Shown here one piece after another: positions 51,362 through 64,000 of a stretch of DNA of 64,000 bases. The stretch is from positions 669,932 through 733,931 of the forward strand of contig RHPI01003642.1 of the NCBI GenBank assembly GCA_009103225.1. Reading direction: 5' to 3'. The notes beneath the pieces were generated by a model. It was given only the letters and a program-made list of their open reading frames with translations. It searched no databases and was not told the origin of the DNA. Every line of letters begins with the position of its first letter. Positions within the stretch are counted from its first letter, which is position 1. Source of the stretch: Chlorokybus atmophyticus. Taxonomy: Eukaryota > Plantae > Mesostigma and Chlorokybus algae. Both the position numbers and the translations under genes were made by a program.

Positions 51362-54300
51362 ATGGGAACTGAAGCTTGTGAAGGCTACACGACCGCACCT
51401 CAATCCAGCAGCTCCAATCTTGCTGATGCTATTGCAGTCGCGGTCGTTTCAGACTGTGGCAATGCAGAGCAAGAAGTCAAGATTACAATACAAGCAGCCA
51501 ATTTCTCAGAGCACAATGCTCCTGCAGACGCTCAATTGCGCCCTACCATCTCCAGAGCGGACAGTTGTCTTGCACCAGATGGGACGCACGAGAGCCTGCA
51601 ACAGGTTTTACAACATGTTCATCTCGACAACACTGCATGCGCACACCTACCTGTCGCGTCTCAACTTGTCGATTTCTTGCAGGTTATGGCAAACAAGTAC
51701 AAAGACGACAGCTGTTCAGAGGTTGAACTTCTCCCACAAACAAAACTGGAATTGCTCTCTCAGCGGGAAACAGACCTGTTTGTATATTTGCTTATTGCTG
51801 CGACGTTCATCGCGCTACTTACAATGACACTGGCAGAAGTGGTGTCAGATGGCGGCAGGTAACTGTTGCAATATGCACGTGTTGTGCATGGAAACCAGTG
51901 TCGTTGCGGCGGTCAGCCATGCATCTCTTGACATTGGACTCTATGCGTGTCCAGCTCAGGCACAAGATTAGGCGCAGTTGACATTGTGAATATGGTCTTC
52001 CACCTGGGCCTTTTGTTTGGTACAGCCTCGATGATTATGCTTTACATAAGGCGCTGTTTCAGTTTGCAGCCACGAGAGCAACGCGTGCATCAGCAAAGGT
52101 GTGCAGGACTTTACGTTTATGTGTCACTTGATGCTTGATGCTGAGTGAACATTCTTGCTCCCACAGATGGGTGCTGATGCTCCTCATCGGGTTTTATTTA
52201 TCAGCCGGCATGCTGGCCTGGTTTGAAGAGGTGGTGACTCATGAGCGATATGGACCTCTTGCGAGATACTCAGCCAAAGTTACGTCTGCATTCAGCATCG
52301 CTGCGTACTATTTGTACTGGATGCTGAACACTCACTGGTTCAGATTACTTACTTCCGAGCTGCCTCGCAACTTTTACTGGCCAAAGGTGGGATGAACCGG
52401 CTAGCATTTGGCGTTGGTGTGCATTGCATGGTGGCTTTCTGTGCCTATGCAGATGCAACAACATCGTGGCAACGCTGTGTTTGTGCAGGTGACCGTGTGT
52501 GTGGGTTACTATGTGGTTCGCACGACACTGCAGCTGGTGTTTGACTTCCCAACTTTTACTGCACCTGTCACTTACGCAGTCGCAGCCGGCAGGGTGCTAA
52601 TCTGTTTCAACCATGCAGAGCTTAGTGCAGCTGATTACCAAGCATGCTATGTGGCGATAGGACTTGCAGGGCTTGACATAATCATTGCCTTACAAATTGT
52701 ATGGTCCATGCACGAGACGCGAAAAGTACTTCGTGATTTACCGTTTTTCAAATACCGGTATGTTGATGACATCTACGCAGCTTATCAGGCATCGCTCATG
52801 TTATGCATCTTACTGATGCACAACAACAGGTCCAAGATGCTTGGCTTTAGGGCTCATGTCCTGCAGATTTACGTGCTGTGGACCTTAGTTTTCGTGTTTA
52901 CGACTGTAAGCGTAGTCATTGTTCGCTCGGAGGTCTTCATTGTGGACGGGCATGGGCACCGCAACTTCAATGGGAATACATACTTGTCAATGGGCATTGG
53001 GTTTGTCGCCGTTGCATGGGCTTTTGTTCAGGTGAGCTGTTGGATTCAACAAAATACTCCTGGGTCATGCACCAAAATTGTGCACTTGGTAGAACAGAAT
53101 ATGATGTGCATTGCTCAGCATATTGCTGCTGGTCGTACACAGGCGCACATCCATCTGCCTTTAGATACACATCACCTCGGACTGCGCGGTTGGCTTTACA
53201 CGGACACAACCTGGAGTTTGGATAATGACCTGAAGCGATTGCCAACTTACTCTTTACGGCGGAGCAGGAGCCGCAGTACACAACTGAGACCTCACTTTTC
53301 ATTGGAGGATTGTGTTGAGGCTTTCAACTTGTCGGCAGTTGCTTATCGCTCCCCTAGTGCTGCTGTTGAAGTCTTGGCATCGCCAGAAGCTATGGCGGAT
53401 GGCGGTAGTGCCTTTACTTGTGTAGGGCATATTGTTGATATTGACACAGACACCCATGTATATATACTTAGCAGCATTGATAAGATAGCTGTCACTTTCC
53501 GCGGCACATCAAGCCTGAACTCGCTAGCAACAGACCTGCGACTGGGGATGTCGCCAGTGGATGAGAGCATGCGGCATTTGCAGCCTGGCAACAAAAAGAA
53601 GGTGAAGGAGTGCAGACAGGATTCTGGTGACTCGAGACAGCACAGCTGTGTGATGAAGGCTATCGTCTCCAAAGGCCAAGTTGCAGGAAGGTACGCTGTT
53701 GCATCCCATTTGCGCACTATGTCCGCGACATGTTTGCAAGCGGAGTGGGCATAGATGCTGACGTCTGTATTTGCTCCACAGGCACAAAGCTGACCAGGCA
53801 GACACGAGCGCCAGCAGGTTACCACATGGAGGAGGCGCTGTCGCTGTTAGTGCGGACTCAGTCAGCTCTGCGTGCAGCTTTGATGCATCATGTCTAATTG
53901 TAACCAATGCAAGTGAATGGGCGGACAGCCTCCCTGGCCCACTCCCTGGATACTCTTTGGAGCAAAATGGTGTCCCGCCGGCTGCATGGTCCCGTGACGG
54001 CAGTCAGTTGAGTGACACTGCAAATGCAGAGGTTGTGCTTGAAGATCTGCGAGCAGGAGGTGACTATACTCAGGCAGCTCGGCAAGTCGTGGATAACATC
54101 CGAGAGCGAGCCACCAGGAAGAAGACACGGCGTGTACACTCAGGGTAGGGGTCTCACTCTCCTACTATGCTTGACGCCCCGCAGCAAATCCAACTAATGC
54201 ATGCACCGGCATTGTTTCACTCAGGTTCTACATGGCGTGGCGGCGCGTGGCTCGAGAGGTGACTTGAGTTGCACGTGCAGCACAACCTACTCGCTGTGGG

Positions 54301-55090
54301 GGGACTGCTATTACGCGTGGCATGTTGAACCGGCAGGGTGTGCAAATGAGCTGTTTGTAAGCTACTATGTGCCTACAGGTGCTCAGCCTTGTGTCCCAAG
54401 AGCGAGTGAAGGTCAAGGAGCCGAGACCAGTGTTGGTCACTGGCCACTCACTTGGCGGCGCGCTTGCTGTACTATGCGCATACGATATGCGTGTGGCTAT
54501 GGGTATACCTGCCGGACAAATAACGGTCTACACCTTTGGCTCGCCGAGGATTGGCAACAGCGGTTTTACAACAAGGTTTAACGAACTAGTGCCTGTGGCA
54601 TTTCGAGTTGTGAACAATCGTGACATGGTTACAAAGCTTCCAATGCAAGTGCTGGGGTTCACCCACGTAGGAACACTGGCTCTCTTCGACGCACAGGTGA
54701 AGCATACGTCCATTGCTATTGCTGTGGTTACGTGAAGTGGTGGTCCAGCATGCAAGTTCTTCCGAGAGTTTAACTTGAATGTAATTTATTAATTTGTGTG
54801 TTCTGGGCACGTTGCAGAGTCACAATCTCTTGCTCGATCCGAGTTGGGCAGAGGTGCTGTTCATGCACAACAGGCCCTTTGGCAAGACGAGCCGTCACAC
54901 CGTGATTGCATACAAGGCCTCAATTACTGGTTGGACCCAAAAAACTCACAGTCGAAGCAACTGGACACCCCCCTTTTGGCCGAAAGCGCTTCGAGCATCA
55001 GGAATTGAGGAGGCAGTACAGCAGGGCAGTCTTCGCCAGCCTATGAAGCGACTGACTCGGCTGGCATTCTTTTCATTTAGACGACGATGA
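51362..55090 (+). CDS. Multi-pass membrane (TMEM181/Wntless-like) plus class-3 lipase fusion protein, copy 2; start codon uncertain
   Basis: Same exon structure as copy 1; GHSLG at 54442-54456, NNRDMV and SRHTVIAY intact; indels relative to copy 1 are in frame where checked. Confidence 0.85.
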
Positions 55091-55599
55091 TGATCACTCC
55101 AACCATCATGAGATGTTGGTATCAGTCGCACACCTCAGCATAGGTTACTCATGGGACTGTGCTGCACAGTCCCAACAGTTGCAATGGCATGCGCCTTTAT
55201 ATATATGATAAGCTCCTATGTCTGAGGTTGGAGTGTCAAGATGGTTGGCGTATACATCCATTCTTTGGAAAGCCTATTTACTGACTTTTATCCTCATTGG
55301 TGTTGCACACTGTCAGGTTCGCATGTGACTGGTGGTAAACAAATCCTAGCTGGCTAGCGGTTTGCGACATCGGTTGCGTTTTGTGACATTTGGAACCTTT
55401 ACATATATAGGTACATAGAGTAGTGATCCTGTGTAAGTTACATAACCCGTAGCTCGTGTGAGCTCTTAACACATGTCTTCAGCATTGCCACTAGGCAAGT
55501 AGCATAATGTAGCTTACACTTGGCTACAAGATGCAAGTTGGCACTTGCAAGAATCTACTTAGGATAAAACTAGTGCCTATGTGGCTGCAAATCTATGAG

Positions 55600-57764
55600 C
55601 TAGCACCCACAGAGCATATGCAACAGCATTTGGGTTATCTCTCGCAATGGCTCGTCACACCAGTGAACCATATCTGCTTGCCTGCGGTGCGCATCCTCTC
55701 GCACCTGCAATGACAGCCTACGAGTCAGTGCTGACCGCTTGTCAGAATTTTTTTTCATGGGTAGCAAACTACCTGGGTAAGTTGCCATGCGTCGAGTACA
55801 TCAACAGGTGCATCTGCTCCTGGTAGCGAGCTTAAGGCGCTCCGGATGAATACGTTGGTAAGCTCAACATTTGCAGGCGTGAAATGCTGATGTTTCTGCT
55901 GCATGCAGGTCGGATGGCCCCAATGCTGCCAGTCGCATTTGGCTTGTTGCGCGATGAGCGGGTGCACTGCTGTGGCTGGCATCCAGATCAGCCTGTCAAA
56001 GAGCTGGACTGCCCGAACAGCGGCAACAAAACGCTGCACCTGCTTGCACATGAGGTGAGTTGTGTTGCTATGCATTTGTCCTCGAGCGTACAATGTGAAA
56101 AATGAATTGCCACACTCACCGCAGGTATAAGGTGTTCTTTGGTAACTCGTCCATAGGCAGCGTCATGCAGACCAATGGCCAAAAGCAGCACATGTTCTAC
56201 AGTGCTGGGGCTGCCATGCAGCCGCTCGGTAAGGATTGCGCGCATGTTGGCTGCGAGTTCCTTGTCAGTGTAGTGTTCAACTGCGAAGAAACCGCGATCC
56301 CCCAAAGTCTGATTGTTGCTGATAAACTGGTCAGCAGCGATGCAGACGACGTTGGAATTAGGAACCCAGCATGCCAGGGTGCGGTTTCGATGCGCGCAGG
56401 TCAGGTCACAAGCTGGGCTATGCGACAGGGCACACTGCAGATATGTGCACAGCTGCATGCCGACCGAGTCAGCTACCACCGTAACAGTGATGTTCTGAAG
56501 ACACTTCTGGCCGCTCGCCTGTGTGTAGCGACAGTACTGGCAGTCCCTGCTCCGCCACATCTCATAGCTGTGATACTCCGGATAATTGCTTGTCAGCTGT
56601 GAACTGCCCCAGTTGGATGGACACTTGTAATGGCCATCTGCCCATTTGCAGGCTGGACAGATGGGCGTGGCATCTTGGTGCGGGCTGAACACATCCCTTT
56701 GACTTGCAGAAGTCCAGCTCGCCCAGTACCCAGCCTTGTTGGTAGAGGTACAAACCTTGGATGGCGGTGGTTGCAAGTCGTCTGACTGAGGAATGTCAAC
56801 GGTAAAAGGGGAACCGGCCACATACTGCCCGACGTATCGCTCTGCCTCTGGCTGTTCTCGTCCCGATCGATCAACAGCACCCTTGCGAGATGCGTATTCA
56901 ACCCGTACAGTAACCTGTGTGACCACTGGTTGGCACTGCGCGTCCATGTCTTGACATAGAGCCCAGCCATGTATGATCCAAGCACAACTTGGCCACGCAA
57001 CGCATCAAGACATTGCCACACACCGTGTGAGGTCCAGCTTCTACAGGGACAAAGTGGATGTTGTACTTGCCAGGGGCCACAGATTGTGGCGCACCACTTG
57101 ACACACTGCCTGGTCCTGTCAATAGGATACTCAATATGTGTGTTGCCAAACCTCTGCACGAGGAGGCAACAGCAACATGTGGACATTGGCCTTGCTGCAG
57201 CGCACCTTTTGCAACTATGTACAGCACTGCGTCTGTAGATTGTCGTGGCTCCGGTCTTGGCACGGTGGTGTTACCGCCCCACCAACCCCAATCAGAGGGC
57301 AGGGAGCTTAGTGTCACGGTGATTGTCACATGTGTGCCGTTCCAAACGGCTGTGTGCGCAGGAACGGGCTCATTAACTGGTTTGCCTGGTTTCTGCACAT
57401 GATACTGCTTGGTGACAACAACTCAAGTAAGCTTTGCCACATTCCACCAAGCAGCAAGTGCAGCACACCAGTATGCACGGCACATGCAATCCAGAACTCT
57501 GCTTTAGCTGCGCAACTGTGAAGTGCAATGCATATATTTAGGATTCTGGAATGCAACGGTGTGACTATGATGGCTAATGCTTACCTGCTGGAAAAGCAGA
57601 GGTGTCACAGTGGTTTTGTCGACTGATGTGACGTCTATTTGCAAGGTGCGGGGTGCACGCAAGTCGGCGAAGGACCTCCAGAGACAGGTGGCGGAAGCAA
57701 CCGCAGCAAAAACTAGTAGAAGAACCGCTCTCCGCATCACACTGAGCCGCCCACCATGTCGCAT
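55600..57764 (-). CDS. Type II membrane protein with Ig/filamin-like domain and SGNH/PC-esterase-like (NXPE/TBL-type) domain, copy 2, apparently intact
   Basis: Signal anchor RRAVLLLVFAAVASATCLW; GPGSVSSGAPQSVAPGKYNIHFVPVEAG...YVAGSPFTV; WRSRDC..RYT...KCLQNITVTVVADSVGMQ (GDS-like, 56465-56473); LLLAIGLHD; VDVLDAW; DMVH (DxxH, 55663-55674). Confidence 0.65.
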
Positions 57765-58262
57765 GCAAGCACCTCCCACCGGGACGGGCGGACAGTCAGG
57801 CGGCTATCAACCTGACCACAATGCCGAACCACACGCAAATGCGAGTGAGATGCTACGCACAGCACTTAGGAGGCTTGAACAGCAATGCTTGCAACATCAT
57901 AGTCATCTACAAGACCACCAGCGCCGCCGCCGCTGCAAACACTACGGACCCATGCCACCTTTGCCGCCACTGCAGCTCTGCTCATCACTGCTTGCGTGAT
58001 CAGCATGCACAGAGCCGACAGTCGGCGCTGCTGCTTATCAATGCCAGTGCCGGCAGGCATGTAGTACACAACAAGTACAACGCTGACAGACGCAAGGCGC
58101 AGAAGTCGGCGCACGTTCAAAAGCTTGCTGTTGTGCGTTAACCTTGAAGCTGACTATCGGCTCTGTCCTTGCTGCCATGTGGCGGCATGCGACACCGTCC
58201 GGGGTGCAGGTGGTATCTACGGCTGGGGCGAGGATGTTGCTGCAGGCGAAGAAGGAGGCAAG

Positions 58263-60200
58263 ATGTTGAGGAGCAGCAGCCTGCCAGCAGCTTCTCGTCT
58301 ATCGGAGCAAGGCGCAAGGCTACACCGCCCGGCATTGGCGCAGCTTCACGGAAACGGCAGCCTGCCCGTCTTGCATGTAGCCTTCAGTACGTTTGTGGAG
58401 GATGGCGACGGCTGAAGACGCTCGAAGTGTGCACAACGCCCAGCAGACCAAGCAATTTGACGAGGCTGTGGAGCAGTCACACAACCCATCCGGCATAAGG
58501 TAACGTCATGTTACTGTTTCATCCCAGCAGGTCGAAGCTGCAAGAAAGTCGGTGTTATTCCATATTGTCTTGCAGACATGCTTGTTGGCTCAGCTGCTCA
58601 AGGCGCATCAGTGGTGCAGTGTCGTTAACAGACTGCACCAGATTGTGGAAGCTGCAATGTTGGCAAAGTCGGCGCGTGTCTTGGATGTTGGTTCGGGTGT
58701 CGGGCTTTCATCACTATCATAGATAGGACAGCAGTTGCAATGTTCCCTCTCTAGGGTTGCGGTGTCCACACCATTCCTTGGCATACCATAAGGGATTTCT
58801 GCTTCCCGAAAACCCACGCAGCTGCTCGGTAGGTGCCCCTGACCGCTGTATAGAACACCTGCCAGCGCACGCAGCAAAGCAAGTGCATGCTGGTAGCATA
58901 GGAACAACCGCGGCATCCAGTTGCAGAGGCAGCAAAAGTGCTGCAAGGCCACATTGTTGCCACGGACCTGTAAGAGGCAATGCTGACAGAGTACAAAGCT
59001 CGCTACGACGATGTGTCTGTCGGAACGGGATGTTGCAGGCTTGCCAAGAAAGTGTGTTCGCTTCGATGCAGTATTAATTACCGCCGACTTCGGCAACTTG
59101 TATGATCAGACAGCTGAGCTGGATGCTATCGCCGCACTCTGCAACCCAGGTGCAAAGGGCTATCAGTGGTGGAAACCTGTATGCTGGTGTTTTGTGTTGT
59201 ACATGATTAATCAATGCCGTGATCAGGTGCTGCCATTATCATTAGCCACCCACTGGGTCGCACATTGTGGAGCAACTTATCAAGAAACGCCGGACCTTGT
59301 GCCCAACAGTTTGCCGCATAAAAACGCACTTGACGAGATGACATCGCTAGGACTGGTGTGGAATCCATGTTTGTTCAAGAGGACTTGTACCTGGCTCTTT
59401 TGCAGGTGCGTAGTGCACTTACTGTCTGCTCAGCTATGCGTTGTTTGATCTGCCCCAAACTCTTGAAGCAGATAGGTTGCTGCAAATCAAGCAAAGCGTG
59501 CAAGACATGGCGGCTTGGAGGTGCAGCCATTGCACACTGGCGACTTGTGCAATCCGTCTAGCAAGTTGCAACCATTTTGCATTGCAGCGCATTACGGATG
59601 TGCTTGAGAGAGTATGATTCACAACTTTGTTGTGACAGGTGGCTCATACCTTAACAGGGCTCTTCTTTACCTGAGGTTCCATGGTCAGTGGCTTCGGCTG
59701 AGGCAGCAAGCAGATGGGCATATTACCAGGTACCTTAATTGCTGTACTGCCCAGTACTGTTTCAAGTGTCTCTGGTTTGGTAGAATGGGCGCACGGCATT
59801 GCACTAACTGCGTGTGTAACCAGTCAACCATTGGATCAGCTGCAAGAGGAGTTGGAGGGCATTCATCTGGGAGTGTACTTTGGGTGGGACTGCCCTGGTT
59901 GAAGGGCATGACCAACCTCATAATGGTAATACATGTGGGCAAGCGACCGACATTCATGGATGAGGAGATTGCTGTGATAAGCGTCTTTGTCAGTAGCAGC
60001 CACGATGCCTGTGCAGTCCTACCCGGACGTGAGCAACATCGGATCCATTGGCCATGTATGACATCAAGGCTTGCAGGAACTTCACACTATGCACAAGTAT
60101 CGCTCAGACTTTTATGGCAAAGAGCTTCGTGCCGTCGTCCTTGGCTTTGCGCGCGGAGAGCAGAAATTGTCCTCGACGATTATGTGCAATTCGCATGCAT
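58263..60200 (+). pseudogene. Decayed class I SAM methyltransferase plus riboflavin kinase gene (probably one fused gene); 3' end uncertain
   Basis: VLDVGSG, HIVATDL*EAM (TAA 58971-58973), RFDAV, IIISHPLGR, YLALLQ; then VSGFG*GSKQMGI (TGA 59699-59701), GVYFGW, VGKRPTF, DFYGKELRAVVLGFAR; several frameshifts. Confidence 0.75.
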
Positions 60201-61479
60201 CTGACGTATACGAGTGGCCTCATCGTGGACAGACAAGCTCATTGCACACAATAGTCTTGCGGATTTATGTACACCCAGTTGCAGATGCAGCTCTTGATTG
60301 ACCGATGTGGTCAGTGTATCACAAGGATTCATTATTCAGTTTATGTTGCATTCCAAGTTGAAGCTCACGCGCAGCTGAGTCTTGCTTGTCCGAGGAGGTG
60401 CTATACGAAGGTTGAGTGCTTGCATGTGGTTTGCTACAGCTGCTTGCCTACGGGTCAGGTCTGCTTACTCTTGCACTGCGAGTGTTGTGTGCCCTTTGCT
60501 AAGTGCCTACAACGACAATGGTGCATTTTATGCCATACCATGCCGCTGACGTGCGTGTGAGTATGCTAGTGCGATGATAGGCAGGGATGACAGTGCATAG
60601 CATGGTGTGACGATTTTGCTGATAGTTTTGATAAAATTTTACCCGCTGTCATCGCTACTTGCTGTCCATTGTGCCTCGCTGCACCGTAGTCACTGTGCAC
60701 ATTACTTATTTGTCATGGTCACTAGCCTGCTGTGTAGAGTATATGCAATGCGGTGATTGTGCAACCACAATTGGGTTGCTTGCTTTTCTATTGAGATTCT
60801 CTGTCATGCATAAAGCGGTTGTGTAGCGTGTGCAGGCCAGTGCTGCTGCCCAATTGCATCCTTGCCGTTGAAGACATGATCGTGCTCGCTTCTGACTTTG
60901 AGCTAGTGTTACAGCCCTCCCATGTGGAGCTGAATAATGATACCCCCTCCCGTCCAAAGGGTGGCTTGTTAAAGTCCGGCAAGCTCCGCCAATTGTTGAA
61001 ACTTGGTACTATGCAACAGCAGCCGCACGTGAAATTAGCAGGCTTGCATCCAGTGGTGAAGCTGGTGTTGAGATCAACACTCGAGGCAATTGCTGGCACT
61101 GCCGGTGCAACCGAGGATACCACGATGGACACATTGTGTTGCGAGGCTGTTATTGGGAACGACCGGATGGTAGAGATGCCATGCGGTTCCACATACCTTG
61201 CATCAGCAGCTGGTTGTACAATTTCTAAAACACGTGAGTGGGCAGCAGGCTCATTGTGGCGGGCAGCGTGACGCTGGTGGTTGACTTTGCAGTTTGTCAT
61301 GTAAACTCCCTCGGTGGGCGAATCATGGATGTCGGCGGCCGGTAAGCAGTTGTGTGCTGAAAACTCGTTTTCCTGCCTGTGCTTGTAATCTCATTGCGCT
61401 CAAAGCGAGTTATAGTGGATTGCATGCACCATCGCTCGCTGCCATCGCTGCAGACATGTACCCCCCATATCAGCACGAG

Positions 61480-61860
61480 GCCAGGACGAGAATTTGCAGT
61501 TGATGAGGACGGCACATGAATTGCGGCTGAATTGCGTGGTGTGTAGCTGACGCAAATAGTCAAACGAAACCAGATTTTTGCTATGTGATGGATGCCGCAC
61601 AGGCAGTCACTTTTAGTGCATCGAGCTTACCACTGCTACTTTTCCAGTCAGCATTGCAAACTTGCATTAGCTACTCAAACATGGCCTTCAAAAAAAGGTT
61701 GCACATTGAGTGGCCCATGCTGTGTTGCCTGGTAGTTGTCAAATTGACGTGTATACTTGCATGTTGTGGTGCAGTGTCATACCATGGTTATGGGACATGG
61801 TTACTGGCATATGGCTCCTCCTATGGCAGCGACTTTTGCTATCATGACCTAGTGGTTAAG
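61480..61860 (+). mobile_element. Degenerate relative of the 33.6-34.1 kb TRIM-like element
   Basis: Exact 14-mers GCTGAATTGCGTGG (61526 vs 33841) and AGCGACTTTTGCTA (61828 vs 34053) in the same order, with weaker flanking similarity. Confidence 0.5.
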
Positions 61861-63305
61861 GCGCCGATGTTGCATGCAGCGTGGATGGTTTTGCGACAGC
61901 TGCTACATCTCTGGGGATGCTTACATGATGGAGCCGTCACTGTTGCACACGGTGTGCAAACTCCAAACCTAAAAACTACACGGCCATTGAGTGTCGCCGG
62001 GTGAGTGGCACAATGCAAGCGCATCTCTGCATTGCCTTTGGTTGTTATGTTAAAAGGCAGAGTCATGACAATAAATTAATTATGTTTGCGGTTTCAAGGT
62101 CATGATGCAGCAGCTTAATACTGGTTGTACTACCGCAGTGTGCCTAACCCAGCTGCGCAAGAAAACCCTAACGCTGAGACCGTGCGCCTGCAACCGCCAG
62201 CGCTTGCACACAACAAGCGTCCAGCTTGTAAATGCGCCTGCACTGGCGCAGTCAGGCAAAGCATGCAGATTTTAAAGCAAGTGAATGCATGTATAAATAA
62301 GTGTGCATGTATGACATGCGATTATATATTTATTTATACATATATATACATATATATACATACGCTAAATCAATTGCAAACTGTAATGTTTGGTATAAAT
62401 GTGTGCATATTTGCACATGTGGATATATTTGAATTTCATAGGTAGATACATATAAACAATATATGTGATATGTGCATGATGTATGATGTGATTGTGCACA
62501 CCACTGCCAACACCCTGCCACATGCATACCATGAAAGCCTTCATGGCCTTCATGGCATCACATGCTCACCAATACCGTATAGCTACAAATCGTTCGTTTT
62601 TAAGCTGATAATAGGAAAGCGACAATCAAATCTTTCATTGTATATTCATGACTACAACGGCCTTGGCATCAATGCATTGCCTTTATTAAGATGGCAGCGA
62701 AAGAACGAATTGGAAGGTAAATGTCCAATGTGCAGCGCGTGTTACTACTTTGTGTCTCAATAGTATACACCTTACCATTTAATTATTATCGCGCTAACAT
62801 CCACTGCCATAACTTATACCGAATAGCCCGCACCGTTGAACATGCATGCACACTCATACGTGTATTATGTGGCAAACCATGTGTGGCATAAGATATGCAC
62901 TTTCAGTCTTAAATTCTTACATGTACGCGTCGCATTAACAAAGATCATTGAAGTTATGTCCTTTGTTGTTTACACGTATATATGCATGTTGATACATATG
63001 TAAATTTTTACAAGTATACATAGTTACCAATATATGCAAACCAATAATCGTATAGTGGGTTACACATACGCACACATTTAATCCAATAATTTACACAATT
63101 ATTATGACATTATTAACTGTACGCGTAAGTTGATGATATAGCACTCTTTTATGATGACACTTGTCATTCAACATGGGTAAAAGCATGGTGGTCAATTGGA
63201 ATGGGTATTATTTGTGCAAATTTGTTCAAGTCACTTGGAGCCAATATTATCAAAACCCTTCGTGTGTTAAACCCATCAGTGGCTACCAGGTCATCAGCTC
63301 AAGCT

Positions 63306-63345
63306 TCTAGGCTAGGCGTAGGAGTTCTAGGCGTAGGAGTTCTAG
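63306..63345. repeat. 15 bp direct tandem repeat CTAGGCGTAGGAGTT x2
   Basis: TCTAGGCTAGGCGTAGGAGTTCTAGGCGTAGGAGTTCTAG. Confidence 0.8.
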
Positions 63346-63950
63346 CTGTTTGCCTATCACAGGACTTATTGTGGTTCACATTTTCAGCGCGAAGGCAGAG
63401 GGCAACGCGTCACTCTCACTGAGTCTGTTGAGGACGGCAGAGAGCGAAGAACGTGCGCTAGCGCCTAACGTTATGGCCACAATCACGTGAGCCACTGCTA
63501 ATGAGACGCAAACCAAGCCCGCCCAACCTAACCGCCTGCTCGCCTGCTCCAGGCGGCGGCGGCGGCGGAGTAGGAGTAGGAGAAGGAGCATGAAGGCCGC
63601 TTTACGACAGGTAACTGAGGATGAGAAATGAGCATAAGACATAGTGACTCCGCCGTGCCTGGGCGGGTCTAGAGGCAAGCTGCTGCGCCGCTGTGAAGCA
63701 ACCGCAGCATGGCGCCGCAAGCTCAGGTAAGCAGCGGCGGAGGCGCATAGCACACCTTAAACCTTGTCCTTGTGCACTGTTTGTGGTAGGTCTCAAATGT
63801 TGTGTCCTGACAAGACGTCTGCGGAGCATGCTGCTGCGTCTGCTTGACGTTGCACTCATGCACAGTTGAGGTAGTTGCACACAGCGCATTCTGGTTTCAA
63901 CCGCTGACTACACGTTGAAGATGCGTGCAACTACAAAAACCAAAAAAAAG

Positions 63951-63952
<2 letters not shown>

Positions 63953-64000
<48 letters not shown>
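63953..64000. repeat. (AC)n microsatellite running off the right edge
   Basis: Perfect AC repeat, 24 units visible. Confidence 0.99.

Larger units (their letters stand above)
42650..57950. repeat. Tandem segmental duplication, two ~7.7 kb units (~42650-50300 and ~50330-57950)
   Basis: Homologous landmarks offset by 7640-7700 bp (42727/50412, 43691/51362, 47396/55090, 50121/57764); introns and intergenic DNA are also alignable. Confidence 0.95.

Noticed and set aside
63376-63753. Minus-strand ORF with a hydrophobic stretch
   Set aside because: Built largely from GGC/GGA low-complexity runs with no recognisable motif or splice partner; it may be a promoter or first exon but cannot be supported.

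Overview
Eukaryotic nuclear DNA, most likely from a chlorophyte green alga (GT-AG introns, TGTAA polyadenylation signals, plastid transit peptides, plant/algal-type orthologues). Most ORFs in the track are spurious or single exons, so genes were rebuilt by hand from splice sites. 0-18.6 kb: SnRK1/SNF1 kinase (5' end), a plastid ABM-domain protein, a peroxisomal enoyl-CoA hydratase, adenylosuccinate synthetase, a GRAM-domain protein and importin alpha. 20.1-34.1 kb: a stack of LTR elements. A younger chromodomain Ty3/gypsy element (21914-27973) is nested in an older one (20122-33156), which sits beside a ~470 bp TRIM-like miniature LTR element. 34.6-42.7 kb: a conserved uncharacterised At3g28720-like gene, an RFC small subunit and RPB9. 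42.6-58 kb: a ~7.7 kb tandem duplication. Each unit carries a TMEM181/Wntless-like multi-pass membrane domain fused to a class-3 lipase, plus a convergent NXPE/PC-esterase-like gene (first copy pseudogenised). 58.2-60.3 kb: a decayed methyltransferase-riboflavin kinase gene. The window ends in an (AC)n microsatellite. Strongest candidates for new biology: the Wntless-like/lipase fusion, a Dam-like methylase relic inside the retrotransposon polyprotein, the hairpin-chain LTRs and the TRIM. Family assignments come from motif recognition by eye, not from database searches.
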